A stretch of DNA of 64,000 bases from positions 21,142,001-21,206,000 of the forward strand of contig OX597819.1 of the NCBI GenBank assembly GCA_951406725.2, in the 5' to 3' direction. Made by a program: the position numbers and the translations under genes. Under the pieces are notes generated by a model. It worked only from the letters and a program-made list of their open reading frames with translations, ran no database searches and was not told where the DNA came from. The DNA is from Octopus vulgaris (taxonomy: Eukaryota). Below are positions 1 to 14,207 of this stretch, one piece after another; within the stretch, counting starts at the first letter, position 1, and the number at the start of each line of letters is the position of its first letter.

Positions 1-969
1 TGGCAACTTCCTTCTGTGGGGAACACTTTCCCAGACTGTTAGCTACAGACAATTTTTAAGACTCATTGATGGCTCTGTCTACAGAGCCTAACTAGTTGAG
101 GTCTTTTGTTGAAGAATGCAAAAGATTGAACGTAGAATTTTACAATTTGCAAAGAGAAATTACCACTTTTTCTATTAAAAAAAAATATTGTAGAGCGGAG
201 CAGGAACTATCAGAGAATAAGCGATATTTTCCTGTTGTATATGCTTGCGTGCGTCTGTGTATATGCATGTGTGTGGCATGTGCATGCGTTTCTGTGTGAA
301 CAATCTAGTAATAAAGCGTATTTTGGGGTGAGTGAATGCGTACATATGTTGCGTGATACTGTGTTTTTAATGAATTCAGTAAGTCGAATATAACTTTACG
401 CTCCTTCATCATCTGCATCAGAAAACGTAGTTTAATAAAATAATATGCTACATAGAAGGAAAGCGCTCAGTACATAACGTGTTGTTGCAATTATGTACAT
501 CGGGAGAAATATTTGCATGTTCGAAGTTTAAGTATAAATCATGGAGTTGTTAGTGCAACTGAAATTCATTTGTAACGGTATTTGAATTGAAAGTCTTATA
601 ACTAAAATATATAAAGAATTTCTAATGTATGGTACCGAAAATATTCTTTGCAACATTAGGACGAACGCGTAAAATAAAGAGGGAAACGTGCCACATTATG
701 CTTTGAATAGCAACATCGCGTGTATGAATATCAGTGTTCTGGTGTAATTAATGTCTTCTATAGATGGTCGTTGTTATGGTCGAAGAGTTTGCTATGAAAC
801 TACGAGGACAAAGGTTCGAGTAAACAGCGGCTTTTTGGAAAATGTTCAACCATAGCGTGGGAACGACAAATAACTTGTCAAAGGAGTTTTCTAGAAGCAC
901 ATACAGAAAATGTAGTCCTCGCTCGAATACTCGCATGAAACACAAACGTGCAAACATATACAAATACGC

Positions 970-990
970 ATGCATACATACATACATACA

Positions 991-1026
<36 letters not shown>

Positions 1027-1134
1027 TATATATGAAATATACATACACGGGTAAACACACAACTGCAAAAAAATAGTACCCGAATAACGGAGATAGTGTA
1101 ATATGCTCTTTATTATTAAAATAATGATAAAACA

Positions 1135-1180
<46 letters not shown>
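970..1180. repeat. (CATA)n and (TA)n microsatellites
   Basis: Direct tandem CATA at 973-1020 and TA at 1136-1180. These explain the YIYI/VCMY ORFs. Confidence 0.95.
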
Positions 1181-1184
<4 letters not shown>

Positions 1185-1990
1185 TCAACAATTTCGATGA
1201 GTCATAAAAAAAAGGGTTGAATTGAATTGTATAAAAACAATCCAATAAATGACTGGTACCTATTTTGATGACGTTGAAGTTTTAGAAGTTAAAAAACGAC
1301 TCCAGCAAGATTTGAACTGAAAACTTTTTTAAAAATACGAATTAATTACAGTGCATAGAATTTTATCATGCACTGAACTTTTGATGGTAATTATAATGAT
1401 TAAAATTGAAAAAAATAATATTATTGCTATTAATAAGAACTCTTGCTCCACAATTACATCAAGAAGTATAAATTAATAGCGGAAATAATAAAATAATGAG
1501 AGAAACAGAAACGAAAGAGGATCGAGAAGGAGAAAATTAGAAATAAACATTACCGTAAAACAAATATGACTAATTAAATAATTAAAAAAAATAATTATTT
1601 ACAACTAACAAAATATAATAATAAATTAAATGAGCGCAAACAGTAACATTATGATCAGCAGAAGCAACAACAGCAGTCAAATCAATATTAAAACAAACTG
1701 CTTTTTCGTTTTTTTTTTAATTAAATTCGAAAGGAAACATTTTAGTATTAACATTAAACTAATGAATTAAAACCTGCAATTAACATTGGAACTACATATA
1801 AATATATATTATAACCGGGTGAGAAAAACAGAGCAAACATTCCAATAAAATAATTGACATCAAAGAACAGATTAAATATTTTAATAAGTTGAAGTATAAA
1901 TTAATTTCCTTATTATTATTATTACTGCGAATTTTTTCGTGATTTTAGAAATACATCTAACATTTCCTTACATATACACAAACACACACA

Positions 1991-2039
<49 letters not shown>

Positions 2040-4636
2040 ATTTATCTTAGAAATGTGTAAAAATGAATAAAGATAGCAACTGACAAGTGAGAATGCCGTA
2101 AAATATTTACAAATCATTCTTATTACATTTATTTTTATTTCTGTTTGAAAAATACATCAATAGATTCATTTCTAAAAAAAATGAATTATATAAAGGAAAA
2201 TATAGATGGAAATGCCAAAGGTGAACAAATATTTTATGAGAGTGCTAGGATAATAATTAATGATCATTAATATACGATAATTATTATTGCGAAATGAATC
2301 GTTAGAGATGCGGTATTTCTTCCAGGTTTTTAACTTCTATGATCAAATCCCGCTAAGGTTAGCTTTGCCGCACAGTTGTCCGGTAATGATAAAAAATGGA
2401 AGATCAGTGAAGAAGTGAATTCGATGTTCTCGTCAAACGTATGCTCTTCAATGCTGTATACCTGTGTCTAATTTATGAATCACTTCAGGCGAGAGAGCTG
2501 CCAGAAGGATCAAAGCGGCACTCAAACAGCGTTGCAGTATTTCCCTATTTACTGAATTCAAATCTCGTGGAGACCTTCATTGATTCCCATCGTGTCGCTT
2601 CCCATAAAAACAAGAGGTCGATGTAATCGACTAATTTCCTCCCCATCCAACCATTCTACTTGTCTTTGGCAGAGTTAACTCCCTTGATTAATATTAACGT
2701 GATTTCTATTAAATCTTTCACTGTATTAGGTTTATTTCTTTGTTATATTTCGTTTTTGGATTTGGTTTGCAAGATTCTTTATATGAGTTCGTGTGTTGAA
2801 GCACATTCTGTTGTGTCTGAGGAGAGTCATTTAATTTTTGTGCCTTATTTGTTGTTTTCTTATTTCTTTCTTCAAATATTGATCTTTATATATCATCTAC
2901 GTGCGTAAAGGGTTACTTTCGATTTTTAATATCTCAATCATTTAATATGAATAACATCTATGGTTGAATCACTTCATTGTTCTATCACGAGATTTAGTAA
3001 AGCACTGCAGTGTTATTATCTGTAGTCGGGGTGAGCTTTCTAGCTTCTAAATATTCAGTTCTGATTCCATTCATTGTAAGTGGTCTGTTTGTCTTGTTAT
3101 TTTGATTAAAGGACTTGCACATTTCTTTCTCGTTATGTCATTCTGCTTGTTTAAATAACATTACAGCAATGTTGCCTTCATTATTTTTCGATTCTAACGA
3201 TGAGAATAATTCCATTGGCATAATATCTGGCACAAAGATAAATATGGAGAGAAAATAGTAACTTAATTTATTATCTGTATTACACTGGAATTGCTACAAC
3301 CTTTGCGTGACCCTCCTATTTTCCTGAATGGATAGTAGAGACAGAAGGATAAGTATTAGGAAATGTGGAAGAAACAAACTGCTTTCAATAAGATTAACAT
3401 TAAAATTAACAGCAAAATTGTCTTTGATTTAAAGAACAATGTCATCGAGGATTATCGAACGAATTATTTCACCTAATAGAAATTATTGATTGAATTCCAT
3501 ATTTTCTTTAGTTCCTCGAGCGCGTCGAGATTTTAAAAAATAGTATTAATGTCGCAAGCAAAGTTTTACGAAACAACAATTTCGTAGATGGGTGCTTCTT
3601 CGTTTTAGCACTTTACATTTTACTCTCATCAGTTTTCCCTTTAGCACAAAGTTGCTTCTGTTGCCTTGTCGTTGGCAATTTGGATATCAGATGGTACATG
3701 CGCAGTTAGCTTAAACCCGGGTCGAGGTCTACGAATTTGGTAATGGAAACTGAAGGTATGTTTCTTGGCAATTGTAGATTACATAGAACATATTAACGAA
3801 CTTGTGAAATGGGATGCGAGAGATGCCGTTAGTAGCAACATGTGATGAATTCAATAAAAGCAACGTAGTCAGATATTCTAGTAGCTCCAGTAATGATGTA
3901 AGAATACAGAACAACAAATTAGAAAAGAAGATATCTTTTTGATTAGAAGAGACTCATAGTAAATCGTCTCAGCACACGTGTTATTGACAACTTTCGCAAC
4001 GGATAGAGTAAAAAAACCATGGTGTATCCAATAACGCAACCTACAATAACGAAGCGAATGCCGGTGCATTGGTACATGTTGTCCGCTGGCATATTCCGGT
4101 GTGTGCTGTTCGTCAGCGACATTTTACCGAACTGTTAATAAGGACTTACGAAATGCAAGGAGTACATTTCGACGTCCACTGAATTTCAAGTGTTGATAAG
4201 AGAGTGCTGAGAAAAACAGATTTCAGGAGATCAAAGAACGGATGTGACGATAGGGAGAATTCGAAGGAATTGTTACCGAGTGGGTATTATCACGCTACGA
4301 ACAATGAGTAACTGCTTTGAAATGAACTACAGTTGATGAAATAAAGAATTACAGAATAATTCACATTTCCTGCTCTATTTGAAGATTATTTATCTCTGTT
4401 TTATTCTCATAGACATAAGTCATAGCATCCGCCACTAGTGTTCGGCTTGTACAATTGTACGATCTCAATAAGTATATATTTCGCTTAGATAATTTATCAT
4501 ATACCGCCTGGGTTACTAAGATATATAAGTGTGTGTCTGTGTGTGAGAGAGAGAGAGAGAGGGGGAGAGAGAGAGAGAGAGAGAGAATATGTAGATTATG
4601 TGTGAGCGCCTGTGTGTGTGTATATCTGTGTGAATG

Positions 4637-4675
<39 letters not shown>

Positions 4676-5372
4676 GGGGGGAGATATGTGTATACATATA
4701 TATGTACGCATACGTGTATGTTTGTCTGAGTGCGTGCCTTTGTATATGTATGCCTATCTTTCACATTACTGAAATACGAAGGAGAATATGGGCGAGTTTA
4801 AAATATTTATAAGTGTTATGAGTAGAGCTAAACCAGCCATTCTCGAATTATCCCCGATTTATGAAAATCACACAAACACACACAGCACATATATACATAC
4901 ACACACATACAAGCAGGGATATATACATAAACACGTACTTATCTGATCATTGACATACGAGTCATATTATATTCATAGCTATATAAGTGTCCGTGTGTTT
5001 TGTATGAGTATGCAAATATTCCCGGTGCCAAAATCATACACCAGTTCAATGAATATTTGTTACATCATGGCTCGCAAATGAATTCCCCCGCCCCTTTTCT
5101 TGTAATTCCCAACATTGGTATTCATTACTCTCCATTCTTTACAAATGCTATCAACTCTAATTATATATATACAAGTTTAATCATGCATGTATATAGACAT
5201 TTGGTGCACCAATGTCTGTCTACCTCAGCTTTATGTTTGTCCTACATAACAGTGCGTATCTTCACATATATATAGGTAGATATATGCTTATAGGTGAGCA
5301 GCATATATACTCATATATTACATATGTGTATGCATGTTTTCACATATACACATACATGCATTTATTTACATA

Positions 5373-5404
<32 letters not shown>

Positions 5405-7133
5405 CTCATATACATATGTGTCTATGTATGTACGTGCATATCTATATATGTGTGTGTGTGTGCGTAATTATATTTATATATGTGGGGGGTATATATAATA
5501 CACGCAGTGGATTATATGGCAATACATTTATTTCATGGTTTACAGCATTTATAATACATGCACACACAGAGGTATATAGATAGATAAAGAGATAGATATA
5601 TAGATAGATAGACTGATATAGAGAGATAGATATACAGATAGATACATTTTCTACATATATGTGTGTGTGCGAGTGTTTCTGAGAATGTGAGTATGTGAGT
5701 CTGTGTTAGTTTGTATAATTAGTTTTTGTAAGTAATATAATTCTGTGTATGTGTATACTTGATTTTTCCAGAGTATTGTTTTACGTAAATGCTTTGCTGT
5801 AACCATTGTAAGCGTGAATCGGTTGATACAACTCAATATTCATATGGGATATCGTTGCTGTTTTCTGTGTACACAGAAACATTTATCACATTTACAGTAA
5901 TGATTCAATCATTAATATTGCATGTGATAAAATCCTCATATGTATTTACGTACAAGAACGCTGACTTCCATTCGACCATGTTTCACACGTTGCACCAATT
6001 CTGTTTCTCTCATTATCAATAAAGCTTCCTCCTCTTTCTCATACACGTAGCTATTAATACTTATACATTCTCTTTCATATACACGTTTATATGTGTGCGA
6101 GGAAAAGGTGAAATGGCCCTCATCTCCACACTGGGACGTTAGGACACCATCCCGTTTAAGAGGGGTCAGTGAAGAATAGTCGATTAATGCTTGATTCGTA
6201 CTTTATTCATCAGTGGCAAAATGATAAAATTATTACGCAGATGTGGAAGGAATATCCCGCAACACCCTATGCGGCACTCTGGCAATTGGTTAACGCAGCA
6301 GTAATTTTCCTATCAAAGTTGGATAAGTATTAAATATGATAAATAGAGGCCGCTCTGAATTTGATACTAAATCAACAGAATACGCCGAACTCTTATTTCC
6401 GCCGGGCAGATACTCGCAATAAAAGTAAATTTTATATTCACTCTTTGCTATATCGGAAGCAATATATCTTGTTGACCATGGTTGGGAGTACACGCCATTA
6501 TCCAAGTCCATCTTGGCCAAAATGCACCTGAGCATCTGGCGTTCTCACTAGGTACTGCTGGGACAAAGTTTTGTCTGCATCTCATATATATCTTTCTTCA
6601 AACACAGCGCGTCCATAGCAGATATCTGATTTCAATGCAGTAGAAGATTCCTGTCAAAAGCGCATACATATTAACCATGATAATGTTTGGATGTTTTAAT
6701 CTAATACTACTTTCAACTGCCTACCCTTAATTGTGTGTGTGTGTCTACTAAAACTACTACTGTTGTTCTAAAATTCAAGGTGAGGGAACAAAGCAATCAT
6801 TTCGTTGGCTGAATCCGGTCATGGCAGTGTAACATCAATATTAAACAACGATTCACATGTAAATGGGGCGGCGGGGTTAATTTCGATATGATTAAATGAA
6901 CCAAGACAGAATAATTGCAACACTGTCCTTGTTACGGAGGAAACTACAATGGTAAGTAGTCGTCAATCTGCAAGAGAACTCATAAATAGCTTTTAGACTG
7001 ATTAAAAATAATGAAAATGACTAACTAAGAAGATAGGTAATTAAATTTTTCCCAGAAAAATTAATGAATTATTTAAAATAATTAATGAACAGAATGACAT
7101 GTGGAAGGGAGTGATTATTATTATTATTATTAT

Positions 7134-8720
7134 CATTTGATTAAATCTCATACCTTATTTTGCTGGGCTGTAATGGAAAGTGTCAGCTGACCACAGACAG
7201 CAGACTAAAATGAGATTCGTTTACTGGTCATGCTTCAAGAACCCTAATCTTTTTGGGCCATGTTGGTAGCTGAGTGCTGATACTTCCAAGTACACCAATT
7301 ACTATTGGCATCATGTCTACTCTCTTCATTGAATACAAGCTTCGTATTTCCCCACTTCAAATCGTCATCGTTTGTTTTCCATCTTTCCCTTTGATTCTGT
7401 TCTCATCAGGACACACCTTAATACATGATCTTGGATTTTCTTTTTTTTTTTTCACCACAACAATGTCCGGTTCCTGAAGTCAGGCCCGGTGATCGCACTA
7501 AATCGTTGCACTCCACAGTATTTTGCAATTTTTATTCTTGGTGACTCCTGGGATTTGCTCATACCAAGTCTTTGTTCTTTGTCGACCGTGATTTCAACAG
7601 AGCTCCCAATGAATCATTCTTCTTGCGACATTGAAATGCTGTGCTTTATATTCACGCTGTGCCAATTTCAGGTATTCGCTATCGATTAGACATAACGTTT
7701 CAACCCTTCCATTACACATTCTGCATTTGTCGCAGTCTGTAGGGTTGTCGGTTCTTCATTTCATATTCATAGTCTTATATTCCTTACTGCTAGTTGGGAC
7801 CTTTTAAGTCTCCTTTCTGCAGCCATTGCCAGGTTCTATTCCAATCAATCTCATCTTTATTCTTCAAGAACTGATTCTATGTTTTCTTGTCCTGCCAAAT
7901 TTTCTTCATCTCTCTCTCTCTCTCTGGTCTTTCTTAAATTGTGTTGGATTTACGGCTTTGTTCACTTTTAATGATCCCTGCATTTTCACTGCTTCCGTCA
8001 GTTTTATACCACCCTTGACATACGAAGCTAGGCTAATCTCTTCTCTTACTCAACCTTCACAAAACTCCAGTCTCCGTCCTACTTCGTTCCTCTTTACATA
8101 CCTTCTCTTTACCTTGTCACAACACACTTGAAGTATAGTTCCTTGTTCATTGTCATTAATTTACGTGTTCTCTGGTAAAGGCGCATGGCTCAGTGGTTAG
8201 AGCATCGAGCTCACGATCGTGATGTTGTGAGCTCGAATTCCGGACCGGGCTGCGTATTGTGTTCTTGAGCAAGACACTTTATTTCACGTTGCTCCAGTTC
8301 ACTCAGCTGTAGAAATGAGTTGCGACGTCACTGGTGCCAAGCTGTATCGACCTTTGTCTTTCCCTTGGATAACACTGGTGGCGTGGAGAGGGAGGCTGGT
8401 ATGCATGGGCGACTGCTGGTCTTCCATAAACAACCTTGCCCGGACTTGTGTCTAGGAGGGTAACTTTCTAGGTGCAATCCCATGGTCATTCATGACCGAA
8501 TGGGGTCTTTACCCTTTTTACGTGTTCTCTGGTCTATATCTTGTAATTTATGCTTTTTCCAAGATAAATTCCTGTCCCATATCTCATTAAATCAACCACC
8601 CACGTGTTAATTGCTCTAATCTTATAGCGGCCATTTATCTTCAATTGGAGCACAAACCGAGTTCTCCTCAAATGCTCTTTCCTGTACATTTCTTTCATCT
8701 TGTATTTATTCATCTTATCT
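7134..8720 (-). mobile_element. Degenerate 5'-truncated R4/Dong-clade (RLE) non-LTR retrotransposon
   Basis: Minus-strand translation KEMYRKEHLRRTRFVLQLKINGRYKIRAINTWVVDLMRYGTGI (8550-8700) and DKCRMCNGRVETL..AQREYKAQHFNVARRMIHWELC (7600-7735). A PDIVV-like and a PIVIGVLG motif lie at 7285-7475. These are homologous to the 19.1-20.8 kb element. (ATT)n flanks both ends. Confidence 0.8.
8177..8516 (+). mobile_element. tRNA-derived SINE (family 1) with 17-bp target-site duplication
   Basis: A-box TGGCTCAGTGG, B-box-like GAGCTCGAATTCC and a CORE-like TTGAGCAAGACACTT segment. The TSD TTTACGTGTTCTCTGGT is at 8160-8176 and 8517-8533. The SINE is nested in the R4-like LINE. Confidence 0.9.
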
Positions 8721-8789
8721 ATTATTATTATAGTTATTATTATTGTTCTTGTTATTATTATTATTATTACAGACATCGCACAATATAAA

Positions 8790-11370
8790 ATATTTTGAGG
8801 TTGTTGATGATCGAAAATATTGTGTCTCCACGTGAAGCCAGAGCAGTTACAGAAAGGCCTAAACCTGATTTCCCTCTCCAATAGAGTAGAACTAAGGGTG
8901 AACGTGGAGACCAGAAGATCGAGGTGCCACTATTGTGTTTCGACGAGCCACTTACAGTTTCACTACCCACAGGACCCACAGAATAGAAGGGCAGAATGAA
9001 ACGTCCGAACGAAAGTACTACAACCCAGGAGCGACAAAACAACAAGAACAACAACAGAAAGGCAGGAGTATAGCAACAGAAATTGAGCCCAAAGAAACAA
9101 AACAGGTAGGTGTTAAAGTAAAGGTGGCAGTGGGAGTAGCACCAGCAGCAGAGGTGGAAGCTACAGTAGCAAGAGTAACAACAACAAGAGAACCAGAACA
9201 AAACATACAAATACACAGACTCCTCCACACATCCAAGTGATGATGAGGGGAAGCCCGAACGGCAAAAAGAGAGAAACAGAAAAAGGAGGAAATCCCAGAA
9301 ATAGCAACACAGACACACTGATGACAATACCAACACTACAAACATCACAATCACCAAACATCATTAAAATAACTCACAACAGAATCAAAAACACAGCAAA
9401 CCTTAAAATGAAAAGTGTCACTACAAAAATAAGAACAACCACCCGCAAGGGCAGCGGAACTTCGTGCTCGTGAGGAGGGCTAATGAAAAGTTAATGGCCC
9501 TCACAGCACAAAACGAAGACATTGAAAGAGAGGCAGTGATCTTTTAGAGTACCGGAGAACCTAATGATGGTGTGAATGACGTTAGATATCTCAGTGTAAC
9601 GGCCAGCAGATGGCTTTTAAAGGGGATTCCAGAAGAACTCAACAGAACAGATAGGGTGGGAGAACCACACGTCCACAAAGAGCACCAGGAAGGTAAGTGA
9701 GGATCCAGTTTTCTTTTTCTAACTTCCTGACCTGCATGGCGGTTCTTAAAGTAGGTTGTATAAATATGTGTGGCTTGGAGTCGTTGTGGAAGCAAGGCCG
9801 ATTGCGCAACGACCTCAGGTGGCTAAGATTGGATGTAATAGCCATCAGTGAGACGAGGATCGCGGACACACTGGCCTTGGCTCCTATTTTCGATGGCTTT
9901 GAGATTTTCGCATCTCTCACTCGATTAGGAATGGTAGGTGTGGTGGCAATGCTGTTCAGAAAAGCCCTGGATCTCGAGATACGGTCGGTGATGCTGTGCC
10001 CAAAAGGTTAGTCGATGGTCCTGGAAGTGTACGACAACGAAGGCATTGCGTTTAGACTTGTTGCAGTGTACACACAAACTGGAGCAGTTCAATAGGATTT
10101 CTTTATACGCCAGGAGGCCTTTCTTGGTATGTCTCTCACTTTAGTGTTTAGTGGACGATTGGAAAGACATTTTGTATGCGCGTCTGGATTAGTTGGAGCT
10201 AACAGCTAGGAAAGGGGGTGCGCAAGCCTTGCGAACTTGCTCAGTCGTTTTCAGCTGGCGGAGGAGACATTCAGACTGGATTTCCCGAACACTCCAGTGT
10301 GGACATGGACAAAGACCTTTTCTAGATAGGGTATCTTGTAGGTCAGCAGATAGGAGTGGTATTGGGTGTCCACAACGACATAGATCGCAAGTTTATGATC
10401 TGTACGGTTGACCTAGATATGCGCCATAATCAGGATACTGGAAAATGAAGGCGTTGTTCCCGGTGCGTCAGTCTTTCAGAGACCGGCTTGTTAAGTTAGT
10501 CTATCGTAAATTAACGGGTGCAGTCGTCAACAACCGATGGTGGGAAGGTACAACGTTTGATCAAAGTAGAAACTATAGAATTTAGTAGAGAGCTAGCAAT
10601 AAACAAGACTAGGATAGACTGAGACCTAATTAGGAAATTAAAAGAGGGACTCAATAGCGGCATAGTGACCGACGTGCTGACAGCGAGATTGGTTCTGAAG
10701 CAGTTCTTCAACACCAAGAATGAAAGTTGTATTGTCATAACTAGGACACGTGCTCTAAAGTAGGAGGGAAAGAAAGCCGTTCGATGGTCCAGGGTGGCCG
10801 AGGCACAACGTGGTACCCAAACTACAATTCGGTCTTTGAGGAATCAGAACGGGTGCATGCTACACGAGTCGAAGCAGGTTTGTGCGGAATTTCAGCGGCA
10901 CCTTTACTGAACTGTTGGGGGCGCGTGGTGACCCGGAGGTGTAGGTGAACTTCACTCCCTACCTTGAGGTATACAGCGGCTTTTGGCCAGGTACGTGCAG
11001 TTGTGCGAAATGGCGATAAAAGTTAATTGTATAAGTGATGCGTTGGCTGGCTGCAGGAGGGATGGTCTGCTCTTGAATATTTATATACATATGCCAGACG
11101 TGTTTGTTGCACTTTTGGGAGACGTCGACCGAAACTGGCAGCAGAATGGGGGAATATGCGGATCCGTGAGCTGAGATGTGCTGACGCACTGAGAAATGAT
11201 TCGTACAAGGGAGATATTGTTCATAACTTTAGGCAGGTAACTTTTAGAAATGCAGATTACCAAATTTTGGCCAAAGTGTTAGCAAAGAGATTAGCGCTTG
11301 TCTTTGATGGACTGGTGGTTGATATGCAGACTTGCGTTACCCCCCAGCAGAACTATACACGATAAACATT
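8790..11370 (+). mobile_element. Degenerate Tx1/L1-type LINE (ORF1 zinc knuckle, APE endonuclease, start of RT)
   Basis: Knuckle CHYCVSTSHLQFHY (CX2CX4HX4C with the last C mutated to Y) at 8925-8966. APE N-terminus MAVLKVGCINMCGL..LDVIAISETRI at 9736-9870. GYWKM near 10435. RT motif NFRQVTFRNADYQILAKVLAKRL at 11225-11295. Many stops and frameshifts. Confidence 0.85.
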
Positions 11371-12149
11371 CCTGTGTATGCATAATATTGTCATGCTTCA
11401 CTTAATCCATATATATGTATATATATTTTACCTCTTTCACCTGCTTAAGTAATTTTTCATTACAACACACAACATAATTCAACAGATATTTAGCAAAAGC
11501 TAGTTTCAACGATAATCTAAAATATACAGGACGTCAGCAAAATTTGAAACAGAACACTGACTTACGGAAATATTACAAATAACAGAAATAAAGTTATCTT
11601 TGCATCTCTGCCACTCCACTGACTTACCGCCATTCAATAAATAATAAAAAAAAATACAAAGCAAATGCTGTTTCCTGAGAGAATTGTAATAATGGTCATA
11701 TTCAGGAATTATTGCCTCGAGCAACAAAAGAGTATTTGCTTTTGTCATTTGCGTTGTATTTTATGAATTCCATAAATAGTAGAAGGCAAGCAATCGATGT
11801 TATGTCTTTGGTAGCATTCGCTGGAGATAATTATTACGGTAACTGTAAAGGTTGAACAACACACAAAACAGAGTTACATCTAAGAAATCAGATGTAACTT
11901 TATAGACAAAAATCATTAATGTATTTTTTGTCGTTCTGAATGACGGCAGTTTGCTGTTAAACTAAAAATAAAAAAAGTAGGAAAATTAGGAATAAAAAAA
12001 ACAAGTCGTAATAAGTCAATATTAAAACAAACTTTTTTCTCCTTATATGCTAATCTTTGAAGAAAATATGTTTAATATTTCTATTTATAAACATATGAAG
12101 GTGAACATATATTTGTAAATGTTAATAAAAATAATATTAGTTTCAATTT

Positions 12150-12352
12150 TTTGCCACAAAGGCAGCCATTTGTAGGAGGGGATTATGTCGATTACATCAA
12201 CCCAAGTGTTTAACTGGTACTTAATTCATCGATCCCCAACAAATGAAAGGAAAAGGTGACCTTGGCGGAATTTGAACTCAGAACGTAAAGACGGGTAAAA
12301 TATCGCTAAGCACTTCGTCTAGTGTGCTAACGATTCTGCCAGCTCGCCGCCT
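12150..12352 (-). mobile_element. SINE family 2 copy (more decayed copies at 12460-12740)
   Basis: Reverse complement matches 14208-14433 (GGCGAGCTGGCAGAATCGTTAGCAC..GAGTTCAAATTCCGCC..AAGTACCAG). Confidence 0.85.
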
Positions 12353-13179
12353 TTGATGATGATGATAATAATAATAATAATAATAATAAATGAGCTTTTG
12401 ATATAACATTTGCCAGATCAAAGGCGTCGCGGAAACTAATAACAACAATAATAATACCGGTTTCTGATTGGGGCACAAGGATTACAATTTTGAGGGGATG
12501 GGTAGTTGAAACTCGACCTCAATATCTAATTGACCTTAAGGACGAAAGGCAAATTTAGCCTCGACAAGATTCAAACTCAGGTTGTAAACTATTGGAAATT
12601 TGATTCTTAAAATGAAGCCTGAAATTTGTGATGATGAGGTTTAGTCGGTAACATCTACACCAGAATATTACTGGTACTCTACTTTATTCCAAAAAAGATT
12701 AAATATAAAGGTGACCTTAGTTTGAATTCAGAAACTCAGAAAATATGGGTGGCAATTCTCTTGTTGTTATGGCATTTTAGTAATTCGCTAACTGGATTTC
12801 TTTTGACATCCTTACTGGCAAAGATAGGCTCAAATTCCGGCAGTGGTTTCTCTCTCAAAATATTCCAAGTCGACCCTGCAGTTGAAAGCTTGGCCTTCCC
12901 AGACTTCCCCCAACCACTCGCTTAACAAAGGTTTATGCACGATCTGGATCACATAAGTTGTGTGCTCTTAGGAGAAAACAACAGTAAGAAGCTGGAAATT
13001 TACTTGATATGTAACGGAGAGTTGGATGCCTCTCAGTAATTATTGATGCTATTTCACACGCATGCGACACTCCCTTAATGGTTTTAAAATACAATTATAC
13101 ATCACCACAAGTGCTTGCTATCACAACATCCCAGAAAAGTCACACATTTGAAGAAATGCAGCCGTCCCATCTCTGTGGG

Positions 13180-13420
13180 GGTTTAGATGTCTACTAATCT
13201 GAAGCGAATTACTTCTCCGCCGTTCATCCTTTCCAAGGAGATTGACCATACGTCTTCATCTAAGAATTTTTGGAATATCCCTATAGCTCCGCCGCCTGAT
13301 GCTGATAAACTATGGGATGTGTATACCACATAGCCATCGAACACAGGCACGATTGCATGTGTGTCAGAGATCTTGGTCTTGCTTATGTTAAACATATCAA
13401 TATAAGAAAAGGATACCTTC
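13180..13420 (-). mobile_element. APE-endonuclease fragment of a Tx1/L1-type LINE
   Basis: NISKTKISDTHAIVPVFDGYVVYTS..GGGAIGIFQKFLD..FRLVDI aligns by eye to AISETRIADTLALAPIFDGFEIFAS..VAMLFRKALD..FRLVAVY of the 9.7-kb element. Confidence 0.7.
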
Positions 13421-13899
13421 GAACATATGCCTAAGCTTCCAAGTCTAATTCGAGCCCACCCTTTTTATCAAAAACCCAGTTTCATCTAACCTTCCTAAAA
13501 TCTTAGGTGCGACTCCACTATAATCCATTCTAAAGTATTATTTCGTCCTCTGTTCACCGGGTCTTTAATTTTATAGTGATTTCTAAGTTTCTACATACAC
13601 CCGTTCACTAATATTTATTTTGATAATGTAGAATTTCCATTCCAGTAGGATATGGATTTGATACATGGAATTTGGTATCAGTCGTAAAGGAACAGAACTA
13701 ATGTCTAGTTTGCTGATCTGGTATCTCAGCTGATTTGAGATTTATTTTCTAATGTATCTAAAAGAGAATCATGGTCAACCTGCTTCCCAGCCATCATGAA
13801 ACACTGAAAGTTTGCTTTCCTGGATGCTTCGGATTTCATCACAATTAAGGAGTGCTATAGGTTGGTTCCGTTTATGCTATAACTTATTTAGGAAGTCAT

Positions 13900-14050
13900 A
13901 CCAGAGGGCGCACACTCTCCTACCCTGATGTAATCTCCAGGGATACAGGCATCCAGCAACAGGAGCTCCGTAATGCTATGATGGACCGTGAAGTCTGGTG
14001 TAACATAGTAAATTCCATTGTCTCGACCACGGTCGAACAATGATGATGAT
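13900..14050 (+). mobile_element. 3' end of RTE-type LINE with (TGA)n tail
   Basis: Translation RGRTLSYPDVISRDTGIQQQELRNAMMDREVWCNIV matches the RTE C-terminal GR..A.DR..W pattern. It has a TGATGATGAT tail and a GAAGTCAT direct repeat at 13892-13899 and 14051-14058. Confidence 0.75.
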
Positions 14051-14207
14051 GAAGTCATTCAGATAAAAAATGGCTTTAACCAAGTTCTCACCGATGATCC
14101 GACAAACTTCCTGTTTGTTCATAGTTGCGGGTGACATGAAATGCAATGATGTAATGTAATTTCGGATGTTCGGTTAATATGTTATATACTGAGATATAAT
14201 ATATTAA

